Shown here piece after piece: positions 39,976 to 47,784 of a stretch of 64,000 nt of DNA (position 1 is its first letter; each line of letters starts with the position of its first letter). Source of the DNA: a virus. The DNA lies in the UHGV virus genome UHGV-0038496; one strand, written 5' to 3'. The position numbers were made by a program, and so were the translations under genes. The notes beneath the pieces are model-generated. The model made no database searches. It was not told the DNA's origin and saw only the letters and a program-made list of their open reading frames with translations.

Positions 39976-41079
39976 ATTCAGCTTATCTTGGACGTATTCC
40001 ATGTGGCAGTACTTGATTACCGCACCATCCCTTTTCTTATTCCACTTACCTGTCTTTGCATCGTAATATGGAAAAGTAAACTTATGATCTTTCTCCCTAA
40101 ATTTTGGCCTCATATATTCAGGAAGATCCAGATACACACTTAGTGCTTTAGGCCACAGACCGCCTTCACCTTCCAGTTGTGGGGTTGTCCTACGGAACAT
40201 CACCACAGAGGTGTTTGGGTCATCTATCATCTTTAGTGGGAGAAGCTGCAAAAGAAAGGATTTACCACTGTTGCCTGTCACTGCAATGCAGTTTTCCAGT
40301 CTGGTGATAAAATAGCCTGTTGTGGTAGCAAAACAATATTTGTAACCATCTTCCGGCTCAAACTCTTCGAACGTTGCATCGTTATTAAGAGCAATCGTAC
40401 CTGCACGTTCGTTGGAGAACACAACTTTGTAACCCTTTTCGAAGAAGATCTGTGCATTGAATCCCAGAGATGATCCGAGGTATTGCAAGAAATCAGCCTG
40501 TTCTTTCGTTGGAACAACGTAGACATGCGAGTCATTACCGTTCAGGTAAATCTCATACCAGATCTGCAACAACTGGCGACGATCACAGTTATACCATTCA
40601 TCTGTGAATTTGTAATATCTTGCCTTTTCTTTCAGCTCTTCGTCAGAAATATCAAGGCCAGTACCACCCATGTTCACAAACGTGGTTTGCATACGCATTG
40701 CCAACTCATCGTTAGCATGTTGTTCGGCCACTTCACTGAAACAAAGTGTACCGTAATCTGTTCCGTCTTCTGGTACATACAGGACTGTGTGCTCGTCAGA
40801 CAATTCCTGACAAATACCATCCTGCACAACCCTGGTCAATTTATCGCATTCCAGCTTAACAAACTCTTCAGGCTGGATAAACATAGCCTTACCAGTTTCT
40901 TTATCAAACTGGAGGATATCTTGACCATCCCAGTCTGAGATTCTGATCCAACCGTTAGGTGTCATCACCTCATGTCGCATTGACAAACAACCCGCTGCCC
41001 CACCAATGATCAGGAAGTCGGCATCATTTTCCAGAATCATTTGTTGTTTACGGGAGCATGGGCCATACATTTTAGCCAT
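39964..41079 (-). CDS. Terminase large subunit, 5' exon (ATPase N-terminus with intein in P-loop)
   Basis: ORF as called (371 aa); extein sequence IIGGAAG / SGKSFLL reconstitutes Walker A GAAGSGKS once residues 31-270 are removed; the true 5' splice site lies somewhere before the in-frame stop at 39964. Confidence 0.75.
   Translation of the reverse strand: MAKMYGPCSRKQQMILENDADFLIIGGAAGCLSMRHEVMTPNGWIRISDWDGQDILQFDKETGKAMFIQPEEFVKLECDKLTRVVQDGICQELSDEHTVLYVPEDGTDYGTLCFSEVAEQHANDELAMRMQTTFVNMGGTGLDISDEELKEKARYYKFTDEWYNCDRRQLLQIWYEIYLNGNDSHVYVVPTKEQADFLQYLGSSLGFNAQIFFEKGYKVVFSNERAGTIALNNDATFEEFEPEDGYKYCFATTTGYFITRLENCIAVTGNSGKSFLLQLLPLKMIDDPNTSVVMFRRTTPQLEGEGGLWPKALSVYLDLPEYMRPKFREKDHKFTFPYYDAKTGKWNKKRDGAVIKYCHMEYVQDKLNHQG
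40270..40989 (-). mobile_element. Intein (mini-intein, about 240 aa) in terminase Walker A motif
   Basis: Begins CLSMRHEVMTPNGWIRISDW (intein block A pattern) and ends ...ENCIAVTGN followed by +1 Ser; flanking exteins form an intact P-loop. Confidence 0.7.
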
Positions 41080-41375
41080 TAATTCTCCTTATTGAATAAA
41101 GATTTTACATAATCCTGCAAGATGATTAATTTGGCACGATCATTGCTACAGGAGAGATTGTTCTGCCTCATAATTGCAGAGTTCTCCGCATCTGGTGCAC
41201 CTTTCACCAGAGGGATAGCTTTTGCTGGTGGGATCATAGCTGCCGCAGGAGCCTCTACAGCGAGTTGTTCAACTTTCTGCGGTGCAACTGTGACTGTCGT
41301 ATTTTTAGGTGAGCTACAACCTACCAAGGACATAGAAAACGTAAGTGCAATAGCTAATGCAAGTAACCACCTCAT
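41079..41375 (-). CDS. o-spanin-like outer-membrane lipoprotein
   Basis: 98 aa; signal peptide with lipobox SLVG-C; Pro/Ala-rich mature part; start overlaps the stop of the i-spanin-like gene by 4 nt. Confidence 0.55.
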   Translation of the reverse strand: MRWLLALAIALTFSMSLVGCSSPKNTTVTVAPQKVEQLAVEAPAAAMIPPAKAIPLVKGAPDAENSAIMRQNNLSCSNDRAKLIILQDYVKSLFNKEN

Positions 41376-41791
41376 TGCTGCACCTCCGAATTAATACTTT
41401 CGTTGTAGATATCGATCACTTTATCTGGGATCTGGCTCTGTTGCCCTTCAGGAGATGACTGGAACTGCTGTTGTGTAGCCCCACCAAAAGCTCCTGGAGA
41501 GTTCATGGCGTTCTGCATATTAGCCAGCTTCTGCTCAAGCTCCCTGACTTCATAAGCGTGTTCCAGCTTCGTCTGGTTTGCTTGCAGCTTCTGCTCCATC
41601 ATCAACTTATCCCATTTCTGCTCAGTTACAGCGACTCCTTCGTTGTAGGCATTCTGTATCTGGGTGTTGTACCAACTGTGCACTCCAGCGCAGGCTACAA
41701 CCAGTAAGACAGCCGCGATAGTCCATTTTATCACGCGCTTGTATTTTATCAGGAATGCAAGTACTGCTGGCACGAAACCTCCAGAATCCAT
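41372..41791 (-). CDS. i-spanin-like protein (N-terminal TM helix plus periplasmic coiled coil)
   Basis: 139 aa; TM segment WTIAAVLLVVACAGV; coiled-coil EQKWDKLMMEQKLQANQTKLEHAYEVRELEQKLANMQ. Confidence 0.5.
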   Translation of the reverse strand: MDSGGFVPAVLAFLIKYKRVIKWTIAAVLLVVACAGVHSWYNTQIQNAYNEGVAVTEQKWDKLMMEQKLQANQTKLEHAYEVRELEQKLANMQNAMNSPGAFGGATQQQFQSSPEGQQSQIPDKVIDIYNESINSEVQQ

Positions 41792-41828
41792 AAATAAAAA
41801 AACCCCGTGACCATTTCAGTCAACGGGG
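41792..41828 (-). terminator. Rho-independent terminator (minus strand)
   Basis: CCCCGTTGAC-TGAAATG-GTCACGGGG hairpin followed by TTTTTTTATTT on minus strand. Confidence 0.55.
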
Positions 41829-41896
41829 CGGGTTAAAACTTATAAACCAATGAAAGGAGATGTATCAATGAAACTGATTACGAACTGAAAACCACC

Positions 41897-42163
41897 TTAG
41901 TTGAACTGAACACGATGAATGATACGGACTGTAACAGCATTTTCATTCATTAGGTAAGCAGAAGTGTCATCATAAATGTAGACCTTCTGTTCACCATCCA
42001 TTACCACAGCAATGATACCTTCCTGATTTGGTTCATAGAAGATAACATCTGTGTTTTTATTCATGTCATAGTATGACTCGCGGAGATACGGTTTCGATGG
42101 GATGTTGGTATCTTCCGGTTCACCTTCTGGCATTACACGTTCTACGATTTTTAATGTATACAT
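41897..42163 (-). CDS. Hypothetical protein
   Basis: 88 aa ORF next to the tRNA. Confidence 0.4.
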   Translation of the reverse strand: MYTLKIVERVMPEGEPEDTNIPSKPYLRESYYDMNKNTDVIFYEPNQEGIIAVVMDGEQKVYIYDDTSAYLMNENAVTVRIIHRVQFN

Positions 42164-42206
42164 AGTATAAGTTCCTTTAAGTAAGTAGTGTTTTGGTTAA
42201 AAGTGT

Positions 42207-42282
42207 TGGCACCCCGTACAGGACTCGAACCTGTAACCTATGGCTTAGAAGGCCACTGTTCTTCCATTTGAACTAACGGGGC
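42207..42282 (-). tRNA. tRNA-Arg (anticodon UCU), CCA encoded
   Basis: 76-nt cloverleaf on minus strand: acceptor GCCCCGT/ACGGGGT, D stem GTTC/GAAC, anticodon stem GTGGC/GCCAT with loop CTTCTAA, T arm ACAGG-TTCGAGT-CCTGT, discriminator G, 3' CCA. Confidence 0.85.
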
Positions 42283-42351
42283 ACTGTTGAGCGGTGTTTC
42301 CAGTGCTTACCGCCCAAGCACTCTTCTCTCTTCAAGGAGACACAACAACGA

Positions 42352-42699
42352 TTACTGATCGTTGATCGGGATAATCTCTGTAGTAAACGGAGAGAACGGT
42401 GTTGGGGTCGCATCTACAACCGTAGATTCTTCTTCCTCTTCCCCGAACATTTCATCGTACTCTTCCTGCATGGAAGCAGCTTTCTCCAGAACGTATGTTG
42501 CGATGCCCTGACGAATGTTTTCTTTCGTTTTCGGGTTATTCATCATATCGCGGAGAACTTTGTGTGCTTCTGGAATCATTGCAATGAACGCTTCTTTCAT
42601 CTCAATAAGATTTTTATCAAGTTGGATAGCGTTTGATTCCTCTTTCAGAGGTCTGCCCCTGCGACGACGTTTTTTCGCTTTCTCTTTTTTGTCCACCAT
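42352..42699 (-). CDS. Small basic DNA-binding protein with AT-hook-like motif
   Basis: 115 aa; N-terminal KKEKAKKRRRRGRPLK (RGRP core); acidic C-terminus; sigma70-like promoter TTGACA-N17-TAAACT upstream on minus strand. Confidence 0.45.
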   Translation of the reverse strand: MVDKKEKAKKRRRRGRPLKEESNAIQLDKNLIEMKEAFIAMIPEAHKVLRDMMNNPKTKENIRQGIATYVLEKAASMQEEYDEMFGEEEEESTVVDATPTPFSPFTTEIIPINDQ

Positions 42700-42996
42700 A
42701 TAACCTCCAGAACAGTTGATAGGTCGAGTTTATCACGTATTCTGGAGATTGTCAATAGATTGCTGGTCCGTCCCCAGCACTTTCAAGCCCTCTATGGGAT
42801 AGGGGCAAGCCATTACCGCACTCAGGCTCGACCTTATTACAGGTTGCCGGAACCCTACGCGTCCGTAGCCCCCACGTTCCTACCATTTTTCAGTGTGGTG
42901 CACTATCAAGCCCTCTAGGGGGAACACTGTAAGTATAGCGTTTTAACTTAACATTGTCAAGCTAAAAGCCATCAAATTCGTCTCTCATGGCGCTCC

Positions 42997-43239
42997 TTAT
43001 TGCAATACACAGAAGAACAATACATATTTCACATGTCTGCATTCTGGATCCGGGTAAAAATAGAAGATTTTGCTTTTATCTATTTGTGCACCTCCTTCCC
43101 AGAACTCCAATCCGTAACCTGTGTTCTCGCAGGCAATATCGTTTGCAACTTCAAAGGCATCATCAAAGAATCTGTGTTCAGATTCGTGTTCTAAGTAATC
43201 TCCTTCTAAGGATCTGAAAACGAGCTTAACCTTAAACAT
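42997..43239 (-). CDS. Hypothetical early protein
   Basis: 80 aa ORF in divergent early region. Confidence 0.35.
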   Translation of the reverse strand: MFKVKLVFRSLEGDYLEHESEHRFFDDAFEVANDIACENTGYGLEFWEGGAQIDKSKIFYFYPDPECRHVKYVLFFCVLQ

Positions 43240-43318
43240 AGCATTTCCTGTAGACCTCTCAAACTAAAATTGTTTACCTCACCTCATGCTTCAATCTTAC
43301 CAAACAAACCGGGTATTG

Positions 43319-43519
43319 TCAACAAATTCTTGCAGCTTTCGCTCTTTCTGCATATTCTCTAATCGCAATCTCTTGAGCGTTATCTGCCAGGTCTTCCAGT
43401 TCATCTTCGAAGTACTCTTCAAGTCCTTCATCTAAATCTGGACACCAACCTTTCTTCCGATCAGCATGAGTTGCAGCCTTGTTAAACTTGTTGCAGTTTT
43501 TAGCAACAGGATTATTCAT
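43319..43519 (-). CDS. Hypothetical early protein
   Basis: Start at MNNPVAKN with AAGGAGG Shine-Dalgarno; 66 aa. Confidence 0.4.
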   Translation of the reverse strand: MNNPVAKNCNKFNKAATHADRKKGWCPDLDEGLEEYFEDELEDLADNAQEIAIREYAERAKAARIC

Positions 43520-43577
43520 GATGTACCTCCTTTCGATAAGAAGAATATTAGCATGTTCGGTTGTGTTTGTCAATCAT

Positions 43578-43910
43578 CTAAACCAGGTACTCAATAAAAT
43601 TGTACACCTGTTGCAAATCTTTATCGCCTCTGAAAACCGTATCTATCTCTTCGTCTAAGCACATCGGGTCTTCATGTGCGTCTTCTTTTGCCTGGTCAAT
43701 TGCCTGCTGGTATTTTTCAATATACTCATCCCTTCTCCTGCTGCTCAGTCCGAGGTAGATGAGATGGTCCATTCCTCTACCAGATACAGAAAGATAGATG
43801 GATGGGTCTTCAGGGTCATTCTGATGGCGAGGGTTTGGTATGCAACATACATCACACCCCTCACGGATGAATGCCAGTGCCATATCGTGTACTGTTTCTT
43901 GACTAATCAT
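43578..43910 (-). CDS. Hypothetical early protein
   Basis: Start at MISQETV with GGAGG Shine-Dalgarno; 110 aa. Confidence 0.4.
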   Translation of the reverse strand: MISQETVHDMALAFIREGCDVCCIPNPRHQNDPEDPSIYLSVSGRGMDHLIYLGLSSRRRDEYIEKYQQAIDQAKEDAHEDPMCLDEEIDTVFRGDKDLQQVYNFIEYLV

Positions 43911-43986
43911 GTTGTGCGTCCTCCATTTATCCGCTTGTGGGCGAACGATAACATATTCTGATCTCGTTGTCAATACTATTTTATTC

Positions 43987-44015
43987 TTGACTCCTACAAC
44001 GAGGTGTGGTATGTT
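43987..44015 (+). promoter_or_regulatory. Sigma70-type early promoter
   Basis: TTGACT-N17-TATGTT, followed by AGGAGG Shine-Dalgarno and ATG at 44038. Confidence 0.5.
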
Positions 44016-44037
44016 TTGCACATAGGAGGAAACCACC

Positions 44038-44196
44038 ATGAGAAGAATCGTTTTCTACAGCGTTCAAACGTTCTGTGACGAAGAGAAGGTGTACATGCTC
44101 CCAATCCTGAGGGCGTACCCACAAATTCGCTGTAGCGTTCTTTTTATGACGTTTAAAGATGCATTACTCCTGATGATTGAAGCTGATAACAAGTGA
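44038..44196 (+). CDS. Small early protein (52 aa)
   Basis: ATG with AGGAGG Shine-Dalgarno 7 nt upstream; not in ORF track because under 60 aa. Confidence 0.4.
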   Translation: MRRIVFYSVQTFCDEEKVYMLPILRAYPQIRCSVLFMTFKDALLLMIEADNK

Positions 44197-44204
44197 GGTG
44201 GCAC

Positions 44205-44324
44205 ATGCGTGGCGTTGAATACGTTGTTTATCGTTACTACTATAAAGAGGCACTTCTGAACAAACATTATGATGATGCAAGGAGATTCTTCGAGCAGATG
44301 ATAAAAGCATTACGTGATGAGTAA
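44205..44324 (+). CDS. Small early protein (39 aa)
   Basis: ATG with GAGGTGG Shine-Dalgarno; Tyr-rich. Confidence 0.35.
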   Translation: MRGVEYVVYRYYYKEALLNKHYDDARRFFEQMIKALRDE

Positions 44325-44327
44325 ACA

Positions 44328-44356
44328 TTGACAGCAGGCCTTGTGCCTGCTATACT
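44328..44356 (+). promoter_or_regulatory. Sigma70 consensus early promoter
   Basis: TTGACA-N17-TATACT upstream of the 44385 gene. Confidence 0.55.
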
Positions 44357-44384
44357 CTGTTAAAAACAGAAGAAGGTAACAGAG

Positions 44385-45062
44385 ATGGCAGAACAAGAGA
44401 TCAAAGCAAGTGTACTGGAGAACTGGTTCAACAAAAACATCTGCTTTGGCAATGATGATTGCTACCGGAAGGTTGACAACCTGTTTGCTGTGTGGGTGAA
44501 AAATCCTGATGCTGTGACCAACAGGAAAGATTTCGATAAGCGAAGAATCCCTGAGGCGGGTAGTGTGTGGGCAGAAAAAAGCTGCCTGTTTCTGACCAAC
44601 ATTGATAAGGCAGTACTGAGTCATCTTGCTGACCAGAACAGAATCCAGTTCAAGTGCTACCAGATTCGTAAGCAGACAAGCTACGAAGATATGCACAGGA
44701 ACAACTGGTGCGGTGATTCCACACATGTGATCGCCATGGAAGCAGGGTTGCCGTACGACAAGAACCACAACAGGAACCGGAAGGTGGCAGAGAGTATCAA
44801 ATTCCTAGAGTCAATCGGCCTTGTGATTAGCAAACCACATGCACGGAGATTAGCGACTATTGATGAAATATCCACACACGAAGACGTGGAATATTTTCTT
44901 CTGCACCCTTCTAAAGACAGAACTTTAAGATCTGTTTTCAGCAGCAGAGCAGGTTTCCTGAAATGGGTAGAAGAAAACAGAGGTTGTGGATACAGCCAGT
45001 TACCTTACCAAGAGCATCATATTGACACGGATGTTCTCTTGTGGTATCCTTGTTACGATTAA
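44385..45062 (+). CDS. Hypothetical early protein
   Basis: 225 aa ORF directly downstream of consensus promoter. Confidence 0.5.
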   Translation: MAEQEIKASVLENWFNKNICFGNDDCYRKVDNLFAVWVKNPDAVTNRKDFDKRRIPEAGSVWAEKSCLFLTNIDKAVLSHLADQNRIQFKCYQIRKQTSYEDMHRNNWCGDSTHVIAMEAGLPYDKNHNRNRKVAESIKFLESIGLVISKPHARRLATIDEISTHEDVEYFLLHPSKDRTLRSVFSSRAGFLKWVEENRGCGYSQLPYQEHHIDTDVLLWYPCYD

Positions 45063-45079
45063 AAACAGGAGATGGGCTT

Positions 45080-45478
45080 ATGACAAATTTAGGGCAGTAC
45101 CACAAAATCTACTGGGAGATGACAGAGATAAAATACATCAGAAACAAGAAAGATGGTGGAGTAATCAGAGTAAAATCTGCACACATTTTAATCTACTCAT
45201 ACCTCCGTAGCTGTTTTGAAAAATATCTCAAAGCTATCAAGTTACGCAAAAACCAAGGTATGAAGGTTGTTCGGGCAGAGTTATGTGAGAAAGCAATGGT
45301 TGACAAATCTGTAGTCTGCAAAACTCTTAACGACCTTTCAGATGCTGGGTTGATATCTTTAATGAGTAACTCTGGTAAAAGGGGGTACGTATTCAATTTT
45401 GTAGCGGATGTTGAGTCTTTCTACAAAGCAGCAGTTGATGAGGATGGAGAGTCTATCTATGCAGTGGATACAGAGTGA
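45080..45478 (+). CDS. Putative winged-helix DNA-binding protein (candidate iteron-binding initiator/regulator)
   Basis: Start at MTNLGQYH with AGGAG Shine-Dalgarno; 132 aa; immediately followed by iteron array. Confidence 0.45.
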   Translation: MTNLGQYHKIYWEMTEIKYIRNKKDGGVIRVKSAHILIYSYLRSCFEKYLKAIKLRKNQGMKVVRAELCEKAMVDKSVVCKTLNDLSDAGLISLMSNSGKRGYVFNFVADVESFYKAAVDEDGESIYAVDTE

Positions 45479-45515
45479 TTATGACTGGTGCATTTTTGGC
45501 GGTTATAACCTCTCA

Positions 45516-45646
45516 TCAGTATGGAAACCATACCGTTTATCGGTATGGAAACCATTCATTATCGGTATGGAAACCGAAGAAAAAAGTGCGGTTTTATTTT
45601 TAAGAATATACCGATAAGAGGCGGTTTTCATACCAATAAGAGGTGG
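45516..45646. repeat. Iteron array: three direct 14-bp repeats plus inverted copy and a second duplicated motif
   Basis: CAGTATGGAAACCA, CGGTATGGAAACCA, CGGTATGGAAACCG at about 23-25 bp spacing; inverted TTTTCATACC; CCGATAAGAGGCGG / CCAATAAGAGGTGG. Confidence 0.6.
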
Positions 45647-45659
45647 AAATCGCCTAAAA

Positions 45660-46030
45660 ACTCCAGAATTATCTTTATAAATCCTAGGGTTAAGTGCTGA
45701 CAGATCAGATCAGATCAGGGATAGTAACTTCGTTAGCATTCCCTCTAACTCGTTACTATGTAGTACTAAGCTCGTACTCTCGCTTACTACCGTAAGCTCG
45801 GTACTCACTAAGTACTACCATAAGCAATGTCTTGCTTAATTAATTTATCAATTAATTTTATCAGTACAAAATCAATCAATAAATTAATTAATCAATCCAT
45901 TGATACCACTAAGTTCGTTCCTCACTAAGTGGTATACATGCTGATAGCATTCCCTCTATCAGATGATACTAAGTTCACACTTCGTATCCACTCGTGTTCA
46001 CTAAGTATCATTGATCCATTATTGCTCAAA
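45660..46030. repeat. AT-rich repeat field (candidate origin/regulatory region)
   Basis: Multiple CACTAAGT copies, duplicated AGCATTCCCTCTA (near 45725 and 45945), TTAATTAAT palindromes, DnaA-box-like GTATCCACT; no credible ORF. Confidence 0.4.
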
Positions 46031-46391
46031 TTTATTTTTTCTTTTCCCACAAATATGGCGCTCCTTTTACCGCTCGCTCGCGCTCGGCGGGTCGCGCCTG
46101 ATCATCGTCTGCTATCAACAAGTGGGCCTGTGGCAACAGAGCTGCCTGAGTTGTGTGGGAAGATCACCGACCGTAAGGGAGGTGCTAATGTGGGGATGAC
46201 GGTGAAAAGCGAAGCTGCCGAGAGGAACCGTCGAATTGTCTGCGCCGCCGCTTCAACCATACCCAGATACCAGAAATCAGTTTTGAGGCCTCTGGTAGCT
46301 TCTGTGGTTAGCTAATAGTGCCTGATGGCTACAGTTGCATTACTAAACTATCAACATCGTTACAGAGCGTTTGAGAGCGTTTAAATTAGTA

Positions 46392-46420
46392 TTGACAGCA
46401 GATGAAAATTATGTTATTGT
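46392..46420 (+). promoter_or_regulatory. Sigma70-type promoter
   Basis: TTGACA-N17-TATTGT upstream of the 46462 gene. Confidence 0.45.
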
Positions 46421-46461
46421 TCGCCTACTGGTAAAAGTATGCATGAGAAGAGAGGTGCTAC

Positions 46462-46935
46462 ATGCAAGACGGTCGTAAAATGCGTGAAGAGAAAATGCTG
46501 ATCGTTCAGCTTATCCCTAAACCGTTGTGGGGAGTAGCAGGACGTGAAGCTATTGGTCGTAGCTTGTGGGATAAAGCTCGTAAACGCTGCTATAAAGAAG
46601 CAGAGTACAGATGCGAAGTCTGCGGTGGTAAAGGGCCTAAACACCCTGTGGAAGCCCATGAGTTGTATCTGTTTGAAGATCACAAGATCACCTGTGTGGG
46701 GCTGATCGCATTATGCCCAGACTGCCATATGAGCGTGCATCCTGGACGCTGCAACTGCCTCGGCAGAGATGTTTACCTCAAGGCAAGAAAGCATTTTGCT
46801 GACGTAAACTGGTTGACAGAACAGCAGGCACAGGAGTATTATGAAGAGTGTTTCGAAGAGTGGAGAGAACTAAGCAAGATCAAGATCTGGGAAACTGATT
46901 TTTCATGGTTGGAGAATTACGCAAAAGGTAACTAA
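46462..46935 (+). CDS. Small cysteine/histidine-rich protein (possible HNH-like zinc-binding nuclease)
   Basis: 157 aa; CEVCGG...HPVEAHE...CPDCH pattern; AGAGAGG Shine-Dalgarno. Confidence 0.4.
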   Translation: MQDGRKMREEKMLIVQLIPKPLWGVAGREAIGRSLWDKARKRCYKEAEYRCEVCGGKGPKHPVEAHELYLFEDHKITCVGLIALCPDCHMSVHPGRCNCLGRDVYLKARKHFADVNWLTEQQAQEYYEECFEEWRELSKIKIWETDFSWLENYAKGN

Positions 46936-46936
46936 G

Positions 46937-47215
46937 ATGAAACTGAAAGATCTCGAAGGAGACTTCGTGTTCGGTGGACAATTCGCTGCGCTGAAGGGCA
47001 TTGTTCAGGATATTGAACACAAGTTTGATGAAAAATTGTACTTTGATACCTGTGTGGTGAATGGTAGTAACTGGCGTAATGTCTGTGTAGGCCTGCACGG
47101 TGATCGTAACTTGATCAACCTTGTGGTGATCCGATTTATCAGCTGGCAACATATGAATGTACGTTACGATGATTGCCACTTGTTAGTTTACCCTGTTGAG
47201 GAGTTACCGGAATGA
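46937..47215 (+). CDS. Hypothetical early protein
   Basis: 92 aa, tightly packed operon. Confidence 0.4.
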   Translation: MKLKDLEGDFVFGGQFAALKGIVQDIEHKFDEKLYFDTCVVNGSNWRNVCVGLHGDRNLINLVVIRFISWQHMNVRYDDCHLLVYPVEELPE

Positions 47216-47481
47216 AATTTGAACTGATTAAACCGATTGAAGCACACCAGTTTGATGGATCAAGCACAAGCGTGTCTGAATTGCAACACTGGCATGATAC
47301 TGAGGTGTTTGTTCGTCATGCTGTACGGACGAGAGATATCCGACCACAAGCCCTCATCTATGACGATTTTGGTGGGTATGTCCTCCATCGTGGTGACTGG
47401 TTGGTGAATTTCTTCGGGGATTTTTTGGTGATGAGCGATGAATCGATGCACCAGATATTCAAGGAGGTGGAAGATGCCTAA
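47212..47481 (+). CDS. Hypothetical early protein
   Basis: 89 aa, start overlaps upstream stop. Confidence 0.4.
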   Translation: MKFELIKPIEAHQFDGSSTSVSELQHWHDTEVFVRHAVRTRDIRPQALIYDDFGGYVLHRGDWLVNFFGDFLVMSDESMHQIFKEVEDA

Positions 47482-47767
47482 GGCAAAACAGCCGAAGAAA
47501 GCGCCTTTTGATAAAACAGCTTTTGTGTTTGATACCCCGCTCGATGATATTATTGCTGGTATGCAGAAGCTGTACCGAAAAGCAGAAGAGGAGAAGCTGA
47601 CAGAGAGTGAGCTGTATTGGCTTGGCTGGTGGGAACTAAATCTTCCGATAGCACAAGCCTACGGTCTGAAAACAGTCAAAACATGTGCCCAGGAGAACGC
47701 TGCTCTCGATATCTACCACAAACGCCGCAGAGCTACGAAGAAAGTGGCAAGGAAATCTGCAAAATAG
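47474..47767 (+). CDS. Hypothetical early protein
   Basis: Start at MPKAKQPKK with AAGGAGGTGG Shine-Dalgarno; basic termini. Confidence 0.45.
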   Translation: MPKAKQPKKAPFDKTAFVFDTPLDDIIAGMQKLYRKAEEEKLTESELYWLGWWELNLPIAQAYGLKTVKTCAQENAALDIYHKRRRATKKVARKSAK

Positions 47768-47784
47768 GGAGAAGGGGTGTATAG

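Noticed and set aside
37217-41079. Terminase as a frameshifted or degraded pseudogene, or as three separate genes
   Set aside because: Each interruption coincides with a group I intron core or HNH ORF, exon frames resume within a few codons of in-frame stops, and the Walker A, Walker B, motif III-like and nuclease regions appear in the correct order once the elements are removed.
45408-45617. ORF-track ORF of 69 aa spanning the iteron array
   Set aside because: Its sequence (SVWKPYRLSVWKPF) is produced by translating the 14-bp direct repeats; no Shine-Dalgarno; more plausibly a noncoding regulatory or origin element.
45516-45646. Possible CRISPR array
   Set aside because: Only three short direct repeats with irregular 9-11 bp spacers and no cas genes; consistent with iterons instead.
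45929-46315. 128-aa ORF across the AT-rich field and GC-rich island as a protein-coding gene
   Set aside because: The N-terminal half is translated from the repeat field, there is no Shine-Dalgarno, and composition is atypical; kept only as a region of interest.
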